Assembly (NCBI GenBank): GCA_018813685.1
Contig: JAHJAV010000018.1
Location: forward strand, 9,576 to 73,575
Direction: 5' to 3'
DNA length: 64,000 bases
Source: Nanobdellota archaeon
GTDB lineage: Archaea; Nanobdellota; Nanobdellia; Woesearchaeales; JACPBV01
A model generated the notes under the pieces. That model saw nothing but the letters and a program-made list of their open reading frames with translations. It did not search any database and was not told the DNA's origin. The position numbers were made by a program, and so were the translations under genes. The first letter of the stretch is position 1. Each line of letters begins with the position of its first letter. Of the stretch, positions 39,601-48,366 are shown piece after piece.

Positions 39601-40968
39601 ATCTTTCCAGAGTTTTTTTGAATTTTCACTTCTCTCTTTCTTGTATTTTTTGTTTTCCCACCTTTCTTTTGATTTCTTGGAGATAAGGCCTCTGCGCCCT
39701 GGTCTTGCCCAGATTTCTTTAGATTCTTCTGAAGTGAATTTCCTTAATGAAGGATCATTTTTCTCCCATCTTTTTTTCATTTCTGCTGATTTTAGTTTGC
39801 TCATCTTTTGATGATATTCTTTATTACCCCATAGCTCTTTCAATCTCCTGCTTTTTTCTTCTCTTAATTCTGGATGTTTTTTTGAGAATTCAATATTGAT
39901 TTCACTCAATCTTTTACTCGTATGTTCCCTATAATCCTTATTCTTCCAATTCTTTTTGTTTCTTTCAGAAAGTTTTTTAGAAGCTCTTTCTTTGTTATCT
40001 TTATTAGACCAGAATCTTTTTCTTCCTTCTGCTATTTTTCTGCGATATTCTGGATCTTTGTGTAATTCTGAAGCATGTCCTGCATGCAATGACCAATGAT
40101 CTTTCCATTTTATTCTTTTTATGTTGTCTGGGTTGTTGTTTAATTTGTTAAAATCTATATGGTGTCTTATTCTTCCTGCATTCTTTGCATATATTTCATT
40201 TTTAATATTCCAATTATCTGCTAGTTCATGTATTGGTGCCCATTTGTTTGTGTTTGATTGATGGAGCATTGGATAACCAACAAGTGCTGGCTTTATGTTA
40301 TCTTTTTTAGTAGATGGCCTAATGTTAAGGGGCATCAAGGAATCTTCTGGTTTTAGGTATTGTGCTTGTTTATACTCGCCATTTCTTAGCATGAACCTAT
40401 GGTCTAAAGTGCACTTTATTCCTTCATTATTGTCTAAAACAACCTTTAGGATTTTTTGGCTTTTCTTTGTGAGTCTAGGGTTTTTTATTTCAGCTATTTC
40501 TATGCTTCCCTCTTTATTAATAGTGTAAGTATAGTTCTTTTTGCCTTTTTTATGCTCTTTTATTAACTCTTCAAAGCTTAGGTTTCTACCATCTGTTAAG
40601 GCTATTTTAGTATCTTTTGTGAAACAACCAAAATTACCCTGACCATCAATTAGAGTATATCTTAAAGAGAATGGCTGGACCATCCTAGCTAATGAATCAT
40701 AAACAGCAACATCGCCGTGAGGGTGATATTTTCCTAAAACTTCTCCTACAATCCTGGCGCTTTTTTTGAATGGCTTGTTATGATACATACCCATATCATT
40801 CATTGCGAAAAGAATCCTTCTGTGAACTGGCTTTAAGCCGTCTCTTACATCTGGCAAGGCTCTTCCAACTATGACAGACATAGCATAATCTACATAAGAC
40901 TGCTTCATCTCTTCTTCTATCTCTCTGGGCAGTATCTGCTCTCCTTTTGATTCGATTTTTTCAGTCAT
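36676..40968 (-). CDS. gyrA: DNA gyrase subunit A interrupted by a 524-aa intein, with an acidic EK-repeat C-terminal tail
   Basis: N-terminal GyrA motifs up to QGNFG. The extein resumes with SVDGDSPAAMRYTEARL and the GyrA beta-pinwheel follows. Confidence 0.9.
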   Translation of the reverse strand: MTEKIESKGEQILPREIEEEMKQSYVDYAMSVIVGRALPDVRDGLKPVHRRILFAMNDMGMYHNKPFKKSARIVGEVLGKYHPHGDVAVYDSLARMVQPFSLRYTLIDGQGNFGCFTKDTKIALTDGRNLSFEELIKEHKKGKKNYTYTINKEGSIEIAEIKNPRLTKKSQKILKVVLDNNEGIKCTLDHRFMLRNGEYKQAQYLKPEDSLMPLNIRPSTKKDNIKPALVGYPMLHQSNTNKWAPIHELADNWNIKNEIYAKNAGRIRHHIDFNKLNNNPDNIKRIKWKDHWSLHAGHASELHKDPEYRRKIAEGRKRFWSNKDNKERASKKLSERNKKNWKNKDYREHTSKRLSEINIEFSKKHPELREEKSRRLKELWGNKEYHQKMSKLKSAEMKKRWEKNDPSLRKFTSEESKEIWARPGRRGLISKKSKERWENKKYKKERSENSKKLWKDSGYRSKFPKNHFSKMAKKLWEDPSIKEAHSKKAVSQWQDLEFREKIIKAIKENNKQRLKENSNLMNELAEKAAVSLKKKWQDPSYKEKVMKSKILCFVNSITHKYEEITPEIYGKERTNNCFPKINTALQYFDNFSDMVEQAKAYNHKILRIELLPKLEDVYDLTIKGTHNFALAAGIFVHNSVDGDSPAAMRYTEARLKKLSEELLQDIDKNTVQFMPNFDGSLEEPVVLPSKVPNLLINGSSGIAVGMATNIPPHNMTEVVNGTIALIENPDLEVDEIMNHVKGPDFPTGGIICGREGIVHAYKTGRGKVIVRGRAEIEPEKNRIIITEIPYMVNKSELIKQIAGLVNDDKIRGISDIRDESDRTGMSIVIELKKDSNSNIVINQLYKHTRLQETFGIMAVALVNNEPKTLGIKQLIYFFVEHRKEVVRKRTEFDLNKAKDRAHILEGLLIALKDIDTTIKLIKESRSVEQARQVLQTSLSITEKQSLAILDMKLQRLAALEQEKIKTEHSDLIKLIGELTSILASEKKILDIIKKELIELKEQYGDERRTEITGGELNSFEMEDLIKREKTVITITHSGYVKRQPLSTYKQQRRGGKGIIAAGTKEQDFVEDIFIADTHSYILFFTNKGRVHWLKVYNIPEGSRQALGKSVVNLLQLSQDEKISAFTPISEFKENEFLIMATKNGTVKKTELSAYSNPRKGGIIAITLEDNDELIRVVKTDCTKEIIIATKNGSAVRFKETDVRSTGRSAKGVRGATLRDNDYVIGMVVADDTRALLTITENGFGKRTSVSEYRLTRRGGVGVKNIICSERNGNVVSVKSITEEDEVMFISKNGITIRTPAKGISIIGRATQGMTLMKLESGDKVVAAAKILGEEPKEVNGKEATKEESGPANEISYEEPKEIEDNSEPEKEIEDNSEKEQEIEYKEEKQIEDKTEQEQKIEAKEEKQIEDKTEQEQKIEDKTAQDLIDDV
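36712..36830. repeat. tandem ~57-bp nucleotide repeat (x2) encoding the EK-rich GyrA tail
   Basis: ctattttctgttcttgttctgttttgtcttcaatctgcttttcttctttg occurs twice in tandem. Confidence 0.6.
39055..40626 (-). mobile_element. intein in gyrA with HNH homing endonuclease and NUMOD3-like Lys-rich repeats
   Basis: Starts with Cys after GNFG and ends VHN before Ser (CAT AAC TCG at 39060-39052). Internal RIRHHIDFNKLNNNPDNIKRIKWKDHWSLH is an HNH-like motif. There are about 8 tandem copies of a ~22-aa K/S/W repeat. Confidence 0.8.
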
Positions 40969-41118
40969 TTTCTTAAGAATATGTAGATTTTAGAAGGTAT
41001 GGGGTATTTATAAAGGTTACTATTAAATTTTGGCTTTATAGCGCCTGTAAAGGCTAAATTTTGGCTTTCTGGCTGGACGAGAAAAACCTGAGAAATGAAG
41101 TAAAAATAGCAAAATATA

Positions 41119-42351
41119 TTATTTTTTTTGCAGCATTGCAATATATCTTTTCCAATTTATCTTGTGAGTTATAATATCCCAAAAAGATGTAAATTTTTCT
41201 TTTTCTATAAGGAAAATAAAGATAGATGTGATCAAAGCACTTGAAAATATACCCCCTATGAGGATGTTTGAAAATCTGCTGTTTGCACCTATCACTGCAA
41301 GCATTACTGCGGGGGTTAATCCTTTTGCACACATTGAATCTAGGAAATAATTTTCTTTTTTAGTCAAATCGCGATTTACTTTAATGTTGTTCAATGAAGA
41401 CCTTAACATATAAGCAACCAAGAAAAATACTAAGCCTAATAGTAAAAGGCCCCATTGGCTGAAATCGACTAATGTGCCTAAATAAACAAATAAGAACGTT
41501 CTTATTAGAAAGCTGATGTCTTTGAAGAAATGTCGTGTAGAGCCGCTAAGTGTGCCTATGCTTTCTTTTTGGGTAGCATACACTAGTTTGCTCCATTCTG
41601 CTATGTTGCCTAAGATTATCGAGAAGAAGAATACTGCTATAACTCCATTAGCACCGACATATTCAGCAAATGCGTAGATGATTACTAAGACTGCCATTGT
41701 TGCAATAGGTGCACTGCTATAATGGCCTAAATGTTTTAGGATAAATGCCCATACTATTGAAGTGATAATCCCTATGCCTAGGCTTAAGAAAAGATAGCTT
41801 GCAAGGTTCTGAAATATCTGGCTGGTGCTGAGTGATGCGAAGCTGATTATTGAAAGAACACCTACAATCACAAATATGTCTGTCATTGCGCTTTCTGCCT
41901 GAATCTGAGCTTCTGCTCTTTTTCCTAAGCCAATTGTATCTATTAGGCTGTTTATGATAGAGCCATCTAAAACGCAGAATAATGCTCCGAGTGAAAATGC
42001 CATGATCCAATCAAAACCTAATAATCTTGAAAATAAGCCTAATATTGTTGTGGTTACTACGAAGTTTATTATCGAGGATAAAAATGCATATTTCATTGTA
42101 GAGAATATTGCTTTTATCCTAATAGGCAATGCACCATAGAAAACAACATAGATAAGGCTGAAAGTGATTAGGAAGGTTATCTGGCTGGGGTTTTGCTTGA
42201 GGCCTTCTGTAAATCCAAACTGAGATAGTATTGCACCAAGAACCATAAGAAACATAACATCAGGAGCTCTTGTCTTCCTGAAAATGTATTGAGCGATCAA
42301 TCCTGCTACAATAACAAAGCCGACTATGAAAAGATTGGTAACTGTTTCCAT
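41119..42351 (-). CDS. polytopic membrane transporter (cation/proton antiporter-like)
   Basis: 10-12 predicted TM helices, Na+/H+ exchanger-like. Confidence 0.45.
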   Translation of the reverse strand: METVTNLFIVGFVIVAGLIAQYIFRKTRAPDVMFLMVLGAILSQFGFTEGLKQNPSQITFLITFSLIYVVFYGALPIRIKAIFSTMKYAFLSSIINFVVTTTILGLFSRLLGFDWIMAFSLGALFCVLDGSIINSLIDTIGLGKRAEAQIQAESAMTDIFVIVGVLSIISFASLSTSQIFQNLASYLFLSLGIGIITSIVWAFILKHLGHYSSAPIATMAVLVIIYAFAEYVGANGVIAVFFFSIILGNIAEWSKLVYATQKESIGTLSGSTRHFFKDISFLIRTFLFVYLGTLVDFSQWGLLLLGLVFFLVAYMLRSSLNNIKVNRDLTKKENYFLDSMCAKGLTPAVMLAVIGANSRFSNILIGGIFSSALITSIFIFLIEKEKFTSFWDIITHKINWKRYIAMLQKK

Positions 42352-42535
42352 TAGTGTATGATTTAAATTAAAAGATATATAAAGGTTACTGATAATTATT
42401 TTGCTGCAAAATTAGTTCTGACCTTAAAGCTGTGGTTGCAATATACACAGGATTTTCTTTTTCCTGTGAGAATCATAGTCTGGCTTTGGTATTTCATGTT
42501 ATGGTGGCATTTAGGGCATCTAAGAAGGAATGTTT

Positions 42536-43828
42536 TCATTTTTTCTTTTTTTGCTGCTTTTTGGCTTCTTCCTCTTCGGCAGCTGCTTCTAGTAGGTCCT
42601 TTGGTTCTTCTTCGCTGGATTCTGATTCTTTAGAATGTTCTTGGTTTTCTTCAGCTGGTTCTTGTTCTGCTTTTTTAGTTTCTGATTCTTCCTGTTCTGC
42701 TTCTTTTTCCTGTTCTTCAGGTTCTGTTTTTTCTTCTTTTTGTTCTTCTTTTACTTCTGTTTCGTCTGCCTCTTCCTGGGGATGGAGCATCTTTTCAAGC
42801 TCTTCATCAACTTCGCCATCTTCTTTTGATTCTGGTTTTGATGATCCTTCTTGCTTTTTGTCTGATTCTTCTTTGGTTTCTGATTCGGCTGGGGTTTCTT
42901 CCTGTGCAGCTGATTCGTCTGATGTACCTTCTGCATCTTCCTGAGGCTGTTCTTCTGATTCTGATTGAGATTCTTCTTGCTCTGATTCTCCCTGAGTTTC
43001 TTCTGATTCATCTTTTGATTCTTCTTCAGGAACATCAAAAATCCCTGATTTTTGAGTGTGCTCAGAAACCGCAGTTTCCGACATATCAACAACATCTAAA
43101 TTACCTACTTTTTCTTTAATTGGTTCTACTTCTTTGGATTCCTGCTGCTCTTGTTCTGATTCTGTCTCTTCGTATATCTCTAAGGGTTGTTTGTGTCCTT
43201 TTTGATCTAACAAATCTATTTCTGGATCTTCTTTGCGGCTTTTTTTTCCTGCTTCTTTTGCTTGTTTTTTTATATCTTCTTTTATGTGTTTTATCTCTTC
43301 TTCTTTTTCTTTTATGGCCTTAGATATGCCTTCAAAGCTCTGGAACTTTTCTTTTAGCTTGTCAGGCGGAAGATCAAAATAATCAAAGAATTTTGGAGTT
43401 AGTTTGATAAGATTAGTTCTGCCAAACTTCTGCCTTGAGATATATCCCATATTCTCAAGTTCTCTCAGATGGTCGTATGCTTTGTTTGTCCTTATCTTTA
43501 TCAAATCTGATTGTTTAATAGGATACTTAAAGGCTATTACTGCTAATGTTTCCATCAAGGTCTTGCTAAGCTCTGTTTCTGTTACAATCTGATGAACTAC
43601 GTTTACATGCTCTGACTTTATATTGAGCCTGAATGAGTTGCCTTCATCTATCAGAGTGATTGAGCTATCTCTTTTTTCATAATCCTGCTTGAGTTGGTTA
43701 AGGGTTTCCCTTATCTCTTCTGGAGAGGCCTTTGTAAGAGAAGATAATTCCTCAATAGTCATGCTCCTTGCTGAAGAAAAAAGCAGTGCCTCTAATTTAT
43801 ACCTTAGATTAGACATTAAGTTCATCAC
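42536..43828 (-). CDS. scpB: segregation and condensation protein B (ScpB) fused to a ~230-aa acidic low-complexity tail
   Basis: N-terminal tandem wHTH: KLEALLFSSARSMTIEEL ... QSDLIKIRTNKAYDHLRELENMGYI. C-terminal E/K/S-rich tail ending KKQQKKKK. Confidence 0.7.
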   Translation of the reverse strand: MMNLMSNLRYKLEALLFSSARSMTIEELSSLTKASPEEIRETLNQLKQDYEKRDSSITLIDEGNSFRLNIKSEHVNVVHQIVTETELSKTLMETLAVIAFKYPIKQSDLIKIRTNKAYDHLRELENMGYISRQKFGRTNLIKLTPKFFDYFDLPPDKLKEKFQSFEGISKAIKEKEEEIKHIKEDIKKQAKEAGKKSRKEDPEIDLLDQKGHKQPLEIYEETESEQEQQESKEVEPIKEKVGNLDVVDMSETAVSEHTQKSGIFDVPEEESKDESEETQGESEQEESQSESEEQPQEDAEGTSDESAAQEETPAESETKEESDKKQEGSSKPESKEDGEVDEELEKMLHPQEEADETEVKEEQKEEKTEPEEQEKEAEQEESETKKAEQEPAEENQEHSKESESSEEEPKDLLEAAAEEEEAKKQQKKKK

Positions 43829-43901
43829 CTTTTTAAAATTTCTTTGAAATTTTTAAGAGGTGTTGAAAATTTTCAATTTTCATCACCCTTTTTTGATACG
43901 A

Positions 43902-44477
43902 TTATGCTAAATAATAATAGTCTTCTTCTTTTTTAATCTTTCCTTCGTCAATCAATTTTTTAAGATGCTTTTCCATCTCTTCCTGGTTAATACCTGTGAA
44001 TTTGGATAATTCTTCTGTTGTGTTCTTGTTTATCTTGATAAGAACAGTAATAAGGTTTGAGATAGATGTGTCCATATTTCTTCTTAAGAAGTCTCTTTCT
44101 GCCTTTAGTGTCTTGGCTACTGTGTCAACGCTGTGGAGCTTAGACTGAAGGTCATTGAAGAAATTTGAAAGATCCCTGTTTTTTAGAGTTAATTGTTCTG
44201 GTTTTTCTATATCTATAGAAGAAGGCATAAAGTCAAAGCAGAAGCCTGTAACTGCCGGCAAGCCCTTAAAGACCATCTCCAGCTCAACAAATGTGCTGAA
44301 CATTGTCTTTTCAAGTGGTTGAATTTCTGCATATTTTTCATTCAGGATTGAGATTTCAGGATCTTCTTTTACTTTGTCGACTAACATCTTTATTGTCTTT
44401 TCGACGTGTTCTTTTGGCTTTCCGATTACTTCGAGGATTGCCCTGCATCTTATAGGTTCTTTTTTTTCTTCTGGCAT
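43902..44477 (-). CDS. hypothetical protein with C-terminal wHTH-like region
   Basis: Start set at MPEEKKEP. Sits upstream of scpB but lacks obvious ScpA motifs. Confidence 0.4.
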   Translation of the reverse strand: MPEEKKEPIRCRAILEVIGKPKEHVEKTIKMLVDKVKEDPEISILNEKYAEIQPLEKTMFSTFVELEMVFKGLPAVTGFCFDFMPSSIDIEKPEQLTLKNRDLSNFFNDLQSKLHSVDTVAKTLKAERDFLRRNMDTSISNLITVLIKINKNTTEELSKFTGINQEEMEKHLKKLIDEGKIKKEEDYYYLA

Positions 44478-44619
44478 GTTAATGCTAAAGAATAGTGGAA
44501 AATATAAAAAGGTTTCTATTGAAAGAGAAAGACAAAAGTAAATTATGATTTGTTTGTCTGTCAAAAACCTTAGGGTTTTTGAGCATGCTCAGAAACCTTT
44601 GATTTCTGACATTTCTATA

Positions 44620-44665
44620 TCTAGTGGCAGTAATTTATTATAACTTAATTTAGTCTGCCACTAGA
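44620..44665. promoter_or_regulatory. 11-bp inverted repeat in the divergent promoter region upstream of endA
   Basis: tctagtggcag ... ctgccactaga with a 24-nt AT-rich loop. Adjacent perfect palindrome gagcatgctc (44581-44590). Confidence 0.3.
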
Positions 44666-44707
44666 AAAAAGAAACATTTTTAAGCAGTGTGCTAATAGTA
44701 GAGAAAT

Positions 44708-45283
44708 ATGTCAAAAAAGCAAAAGGAAGAGAATGTTGAAGTGGCTGAAGAGAAGAAAACAATAGTCAAAGCTGTATTTTCCAGAGAAAGGGTTATAACT
44801 GAGAATTCTGATGAAGCAAGAGAGCTTTACAACCAGAGCAGATATGGAGCTATACTTGACAGCGGAAAGGTGCAGCTTTCTTTGCTCGAAGCTTTCTACC
44901 TTATTGAAAAGGGTAAGATTGAGGTTCTGGATGAAAGGAATAAGGCTGTTGACCAAGAGAAATTTCTGAAAAAGGCAAAGAAAACAGAGCCTAATTTTTG
45001 GATAAGGTATTGTGTTTACAAAGATATAAGAAACAGAGGATATATAATAAAAACTGCTTTGAAGTTTGGAGCTGATTTTAGGGTATATGACAGGGGGGTA
45101 AAGCCGGGAGAGGATCATGCAAAATGGATTGTTTATCCAGTGCATGAAGCAAGCACACTTACCTGGTATGAGTTTGCAGCAAAGAACAGAGTAGCTCATT
45201 CTACAAAAAAGAGATTGCTTTTAGGTATAGTTGATGAAGAAAATAGTGTGACTTACTACGAAGTTAGGTGGGTAAGGCCTTAG
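44708..45283 (+). CDS. endA: tRNA-splicing endonuclease
   Basis: YKDIRNRGYII...GADFRVYDRG catalytic-domain motif. Confidence 0.8.
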   Translation: MSKKQKEENVEVAEEKKTIVKAVFSRERVITENSDEARELYNQSRYGAILDSGKVQLSLLEAFYLIEKGKIEVLDERNKAVDQEKFLKKAKKTEPNFWIRYCVYKDIRNRGYIIKTALKFGADFRVYDRGVKPGEDHAKWIVYPVHEASTLTWYEFAAKNRVAHSTKKRLLLGIVDEENSVTYYEVRWVRP

Positions 45284-45364
45284 TCCTCAACTAGAGATAA
45301 AAAACATAGTTTTCTTACAAAACCCACAACAAAATATATAAACTTCTTTAAATTATGAATATTT

Positions 45365-46318
45365 ATGGAAGACAACCAAGAAAATATCATACAATTCCTA
45401 AAGATAAGAGGGCCTGTGCTTCCTGTTGAAGTTGCAAAGCATATAAACACAAATATATTGATTGCTTCTGCTAATCTTTCTGAGCTGAGCTCTAATGGGC
45501 GAGTTAAGATTTCCAGGGTGAAGATAGGGGGGTCTCCCTTGTATTATGTTCCTGGGCAAGAGGCACAGCTGCAGAGGTTTGCTGAAAACCTGAATGAAAA
45601 GGATAAACGAGCTTATGATATGTTATTGCAGAAGAAAGTGTTAAGAGATAATGAATTAGAGCCATTGATGAGGGTTACATTAAGGTCAATAAAGGATTAT
45701 GCTGTTCCATTGCAGGTAAACTTTAAAGGAAATTCTGAGATATTCTGGAAATGGTATCTATTAACTGCAAAAGAAGCTGAGGATATGGTAAGAGCTATGT
45801 TGAAAGATCCGGATGAACTTAAGACCGAAGAAGTGCAGAAAAGGGTTGAAGAAGAGAAGAAAGAAGAGCCAAAAAAAGTTGATGATGCAAGGGTGGAGAA
45901 GAAAGAAGAAGGTAATAGGGGAGAAGTTCATAAAAAGCCAGAAGAGGTTCAAAGAAAGATAGTGGAAAAAACAGCTGAGAAGAAGACAGTGAAAAAAGAA
46001 AAGATAAGCCATGATGATTTTATAGGGCAGAGCATGAATTACTTTAACAAGAATAAGATTGTTGTGCTTAGTAAAGAGCCTATCCGGAAAGGTGAGATTG
46101 AGTTTATAGTGCAGATACCTTCTGCGTTAGGTAATCTGGAATATTACTGCAGGGCAAGAAAGAAGAAAACAATAAATGATTCTGATTTAGCATCTGCTTT
46201 TGTACAGGGGCAGCTTAGGAAATTGCCTGTGCTTCTTTTGACTGATGGAGAGCTTACAAAGAGGGCAAAGGAGATGTTACAGAAAGATTTTAAAGGGATG
46301 AGTGTTATGAAGTTCTAA
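45365..46318 (+). CDS. hypothetical protein with N-terminal winged-helix-like domain and KE-rich linker, coupled to fen1
   Basis: 317 aa. Stop lies 2 bp before the fen1 start. Confidence 0.4.
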   Translation: MEDNQENIIQFLKIRGPVLPVEVAKHINTNILIASANLSELSSNGRVKISRVKIGGSPLYYVPGQEAQLQRFAENLNEKDKRAYDMLLQKKVLRDNELEPLMRVTLRSIKDYAVPLQVNFKGNSEIFWKWYLLTAKEAEDMVRAMLKDPDELKTEEVQKRVEEEKKEEPKKVDDARVEKKEEGNRGEVHKKPEEVQRKIVEKTAEKKTVKKEKISHDDFIGQSMNYFNKNKIVVLSKEPIRKGEIEFIVQIPSALGNLEYYCRARKKKTINDSDLASAFVQGQLRKLPVLLLTDGELTKRAKEMLQKDFKGMSVMKF

Positions 46319-46319
46319 A

Positions 46320-47354
46320 ATGGGAGTTGCAATAAACGAGCTGATTGTAAAAAGGGAAATAAGTATCGATGAGTTATCCGGCAAAATAATGGTAGTTGAT
46401 GGCCCCCTTTGGATGTATCAGTTTTTATCTTCAATAAGGCAGCCAGACGGAAGCTTATTGTCTGATTCAAAAGGAAATGTGACTTCACACCTTATCGGGC
46501 TTTCTTCGAGAGTGCCTAAGCTTATGGAGAAGAACATCAAGCTTGCATTCTGCTTTGATGGGAAAGTACCTGATCTTAAAAAACAGGAAAGGGAAAGGAG
46601 AAAGGAAGTGAAGATAGCAGCAGAAAGGAGGTATGAAGAGGCTGTGAAGAAGAAGGATATTGAAGATATGAAGAAGTATGCTGCAAGAACTACTCGCTTG
46701 ACAAAGGAGATGATAGATGAGGCTAAGAGATTATTAGAAGCATTAGGTATTCCTGTAATTGATGCTCCTTCTGAAGCAGAGGCGCAGGCATCTAATATTG
46801 TAAAGAATAAAGATGCGTTTGCAGTTGCTACAAGTGATGCTGATGTGCTTATGTTTGGCGCTACAAGATTAGTGAGGAATCTGAATATAGCTGGCAAGAG
46901 GAAGAAAACAAATAAGCTAGTGTATGAAACAGTAAAGCCAGAGATAGTTGATCTTGCTGAGAATCTAAATACATGGGGTATTGATAATGAACAGCTTATT
47001 GTACTTTCTATGCTTGTTGGAACTGATTATAATATTGGCGGGATAAAAGGGATAGGCCCTAAGAATGCATTGAAATTAGTTAAAAAATATGATTCTAAGT
47101 TTGATGAGCTTTTTAGAGAGGTTAAATGGGATGAAAATTTCAGCTATCCCTGGACTGAAGTTTTTGGTCTTATAAAGGATATACCTGTAATAGATGATTA
47201 TAAGCTTGAATGGAAAGATGTTGATAAAGAGAAATTATTTAAGATACTTGTTGATGAGCATAATTTCTCTGAAGAGAGAGTAAATCATACAATGGATAAG
47301 CTTGTTGAAAAGAAAGAGGAGAAAAAGCAGACTGGGTTATCTCAGTTTTTTTAA
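46320..47354 (+). CDS. fen1: flap endonuclease 1
   Basis: MGVAINELI...VVDGPLWMYQFL XPG-N and XPG-I domains. Confidence 0.9.
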   Translation: MGVAINELIVKREISIDELSGKIMVVDGPLWMYQFLSSIRQPDGSLLSDSKGNVTSHLIGLSSRVPKLMEKNIKLAFCFDGKVPDLKKQERERRKEVKIAAERRYEEAVKKKDIEDMKKYAARTTRLTKEMIDEAKRLLEALGIPVIDAPSEAEAQASNIVKNKDAFAVATSDADVLMFGATRLVRNLNIAGKRKKTNKLVYETVKPEIVDLAENLNTWGIDNEQLIVLSMLVGTDYNIGGIKGIGPKNALKLVKKYDSKFDELFREVKWDENFSYPWTEVFGLIKDIPVIDDYKLEWKDVDKEKLFKILVDEHNFSEERVNHTMDKLVEKKEEKKQTGLSQFF

Positions 47355-47363
47355 GATTACCAA

Positions 47364-47705
47364 TTAGTGAACCATTTCTATTTTTTTCTTTTTGTTTAAT
47401 GGTTCAATAACTAATGAGTCAAATAATCCAATCATTTTTTTTACAAAAGGATTTTCTTGATTTAACTGATATAATTTAGCATTTCCTATCTCTCTTGTTG
47501 GATTTATGACCTTAAGCTCTATCAGATCATTCCATATTCTAAATAAAGTAGTTCTTCCTATTCCGGCACCTTCTGCTATGTCCGATATAGAATAATCTAA
47601 TTCTCTTCCTTCTATTAAAAATTCTAAAACTTTTATCTTTGGCGCGTTTCCCATTGCTTTTGTAAATATTGTTTGTTCCATAGATGTATAGAATAATTGA
47701 CCCAT
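47364..47705 (-). CDS. winged-helix DNA-binding protein (paralog of 20632-20970)
   Basis: GRELDYSISDIAEGAGIGRTTLFRIWNDL..VINPTREIGNAKLYQLNQENPFVK. Confidence 0.5.
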   Translation of the reverse strand: MGQLFYTSMEQTIFTKAMGNAPKIKVLEFLIEGRELDYSISDIAEGAGIGRTTLFRIWNDLIELKVINPTREIGNAKLYQLNQENPFVKKMIGLFDSLVIEPLNKKKKIEMVH

Positions 47706-47905
47706 ATTTAAATGTTTCTATTTTGGAACATATACGTTCCATAAAAAGAACAAATCTTTAAATAATCTTTTGCGTCTTTTTTTATTGATGAATAAAATGT
47801 TTGTTATGAAGAAATCATTAGTTGTATGGTTAAAGAGAATCTTCAGGATTACCATACCTTGAATGAAATGGAACAATTCAAGAATGTATATTAGGAGGGG
47901 ATATT

Positions 47906-48079
47906 ATGAAAAAGAAAACAAAAAATCTTCTAGCTGTTATTGGGGTAATAGGCACAGTTATGGGGGTTATTGGCGCGGTGCCATCATTTCTGCAATCCAA
48001 GTATGGTATTGCTACAGGCTCGGCAATTTTAGTTATTGTAGGCCTAGTATGTCTAGCAATTGCTTTTGGTGATGAGTAA
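47906..48079 (+). CDS. small membrane protein (57 aa)
   Basis: SD aggagggg 7 nt upstream. MKKKTKNLLAVIGVIGTVMGVIGAV... Not in the ORF track. Stop overlaps the next start (TAATG). Confidence 0.4.
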   Translation: MKKKTKNLLAVIGVIGTVMGVIGAVPSFLQSKYGIATGSAILVIVGLVCLAIAFGDE

Positions 48080-48360
48080 TGCCAAAGGAACTTCCAGAAA
48101 AAGTAAAGAAAAATCTACTGGATTTGCATTATAATAGATACCTTCAGTATTACAATACGACAATTATCATTCTCTTTACATATATTGTCGGCTTAGGGAT
48201 TGCTTTTATCACAAAACAAATCGATTACAAGAGCCTTAATCAAATGTTATCAGTTGCTATTGTAACTATAGCTGTTGTTGCAGTAATTGTTCTATTAATG
48301 TTACAATTTAAAGAGCATATGAACAACATTATTCAAGAAATTAAGAAATTGAAGATTTAA
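48079..48360 (+). CDS. small membrane protein (93 aa, 2 TM)
   Basis: Hydrophobic helices. Translationally coupled to the preceding small ORF. Confidence 0.45.
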   Translation: MPKELPEKVKKNLLDLHYNRYLQYYNTTIIILFTYIVGLGIAFITKQIDYKSLNQMLSVAIVTIAVVAVIVLLMLQFKEHMNNIIQEIKKLKI

Positions 48361-48366
48361 ATCAAA

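Noticed and set aside
43902-44564. Calling 43902-44477 ScpA (kleisin) because it precedes scpB
   Set aside because: It lacks the conserved ScpA N-terminal motif, so it is left as hypothetical.
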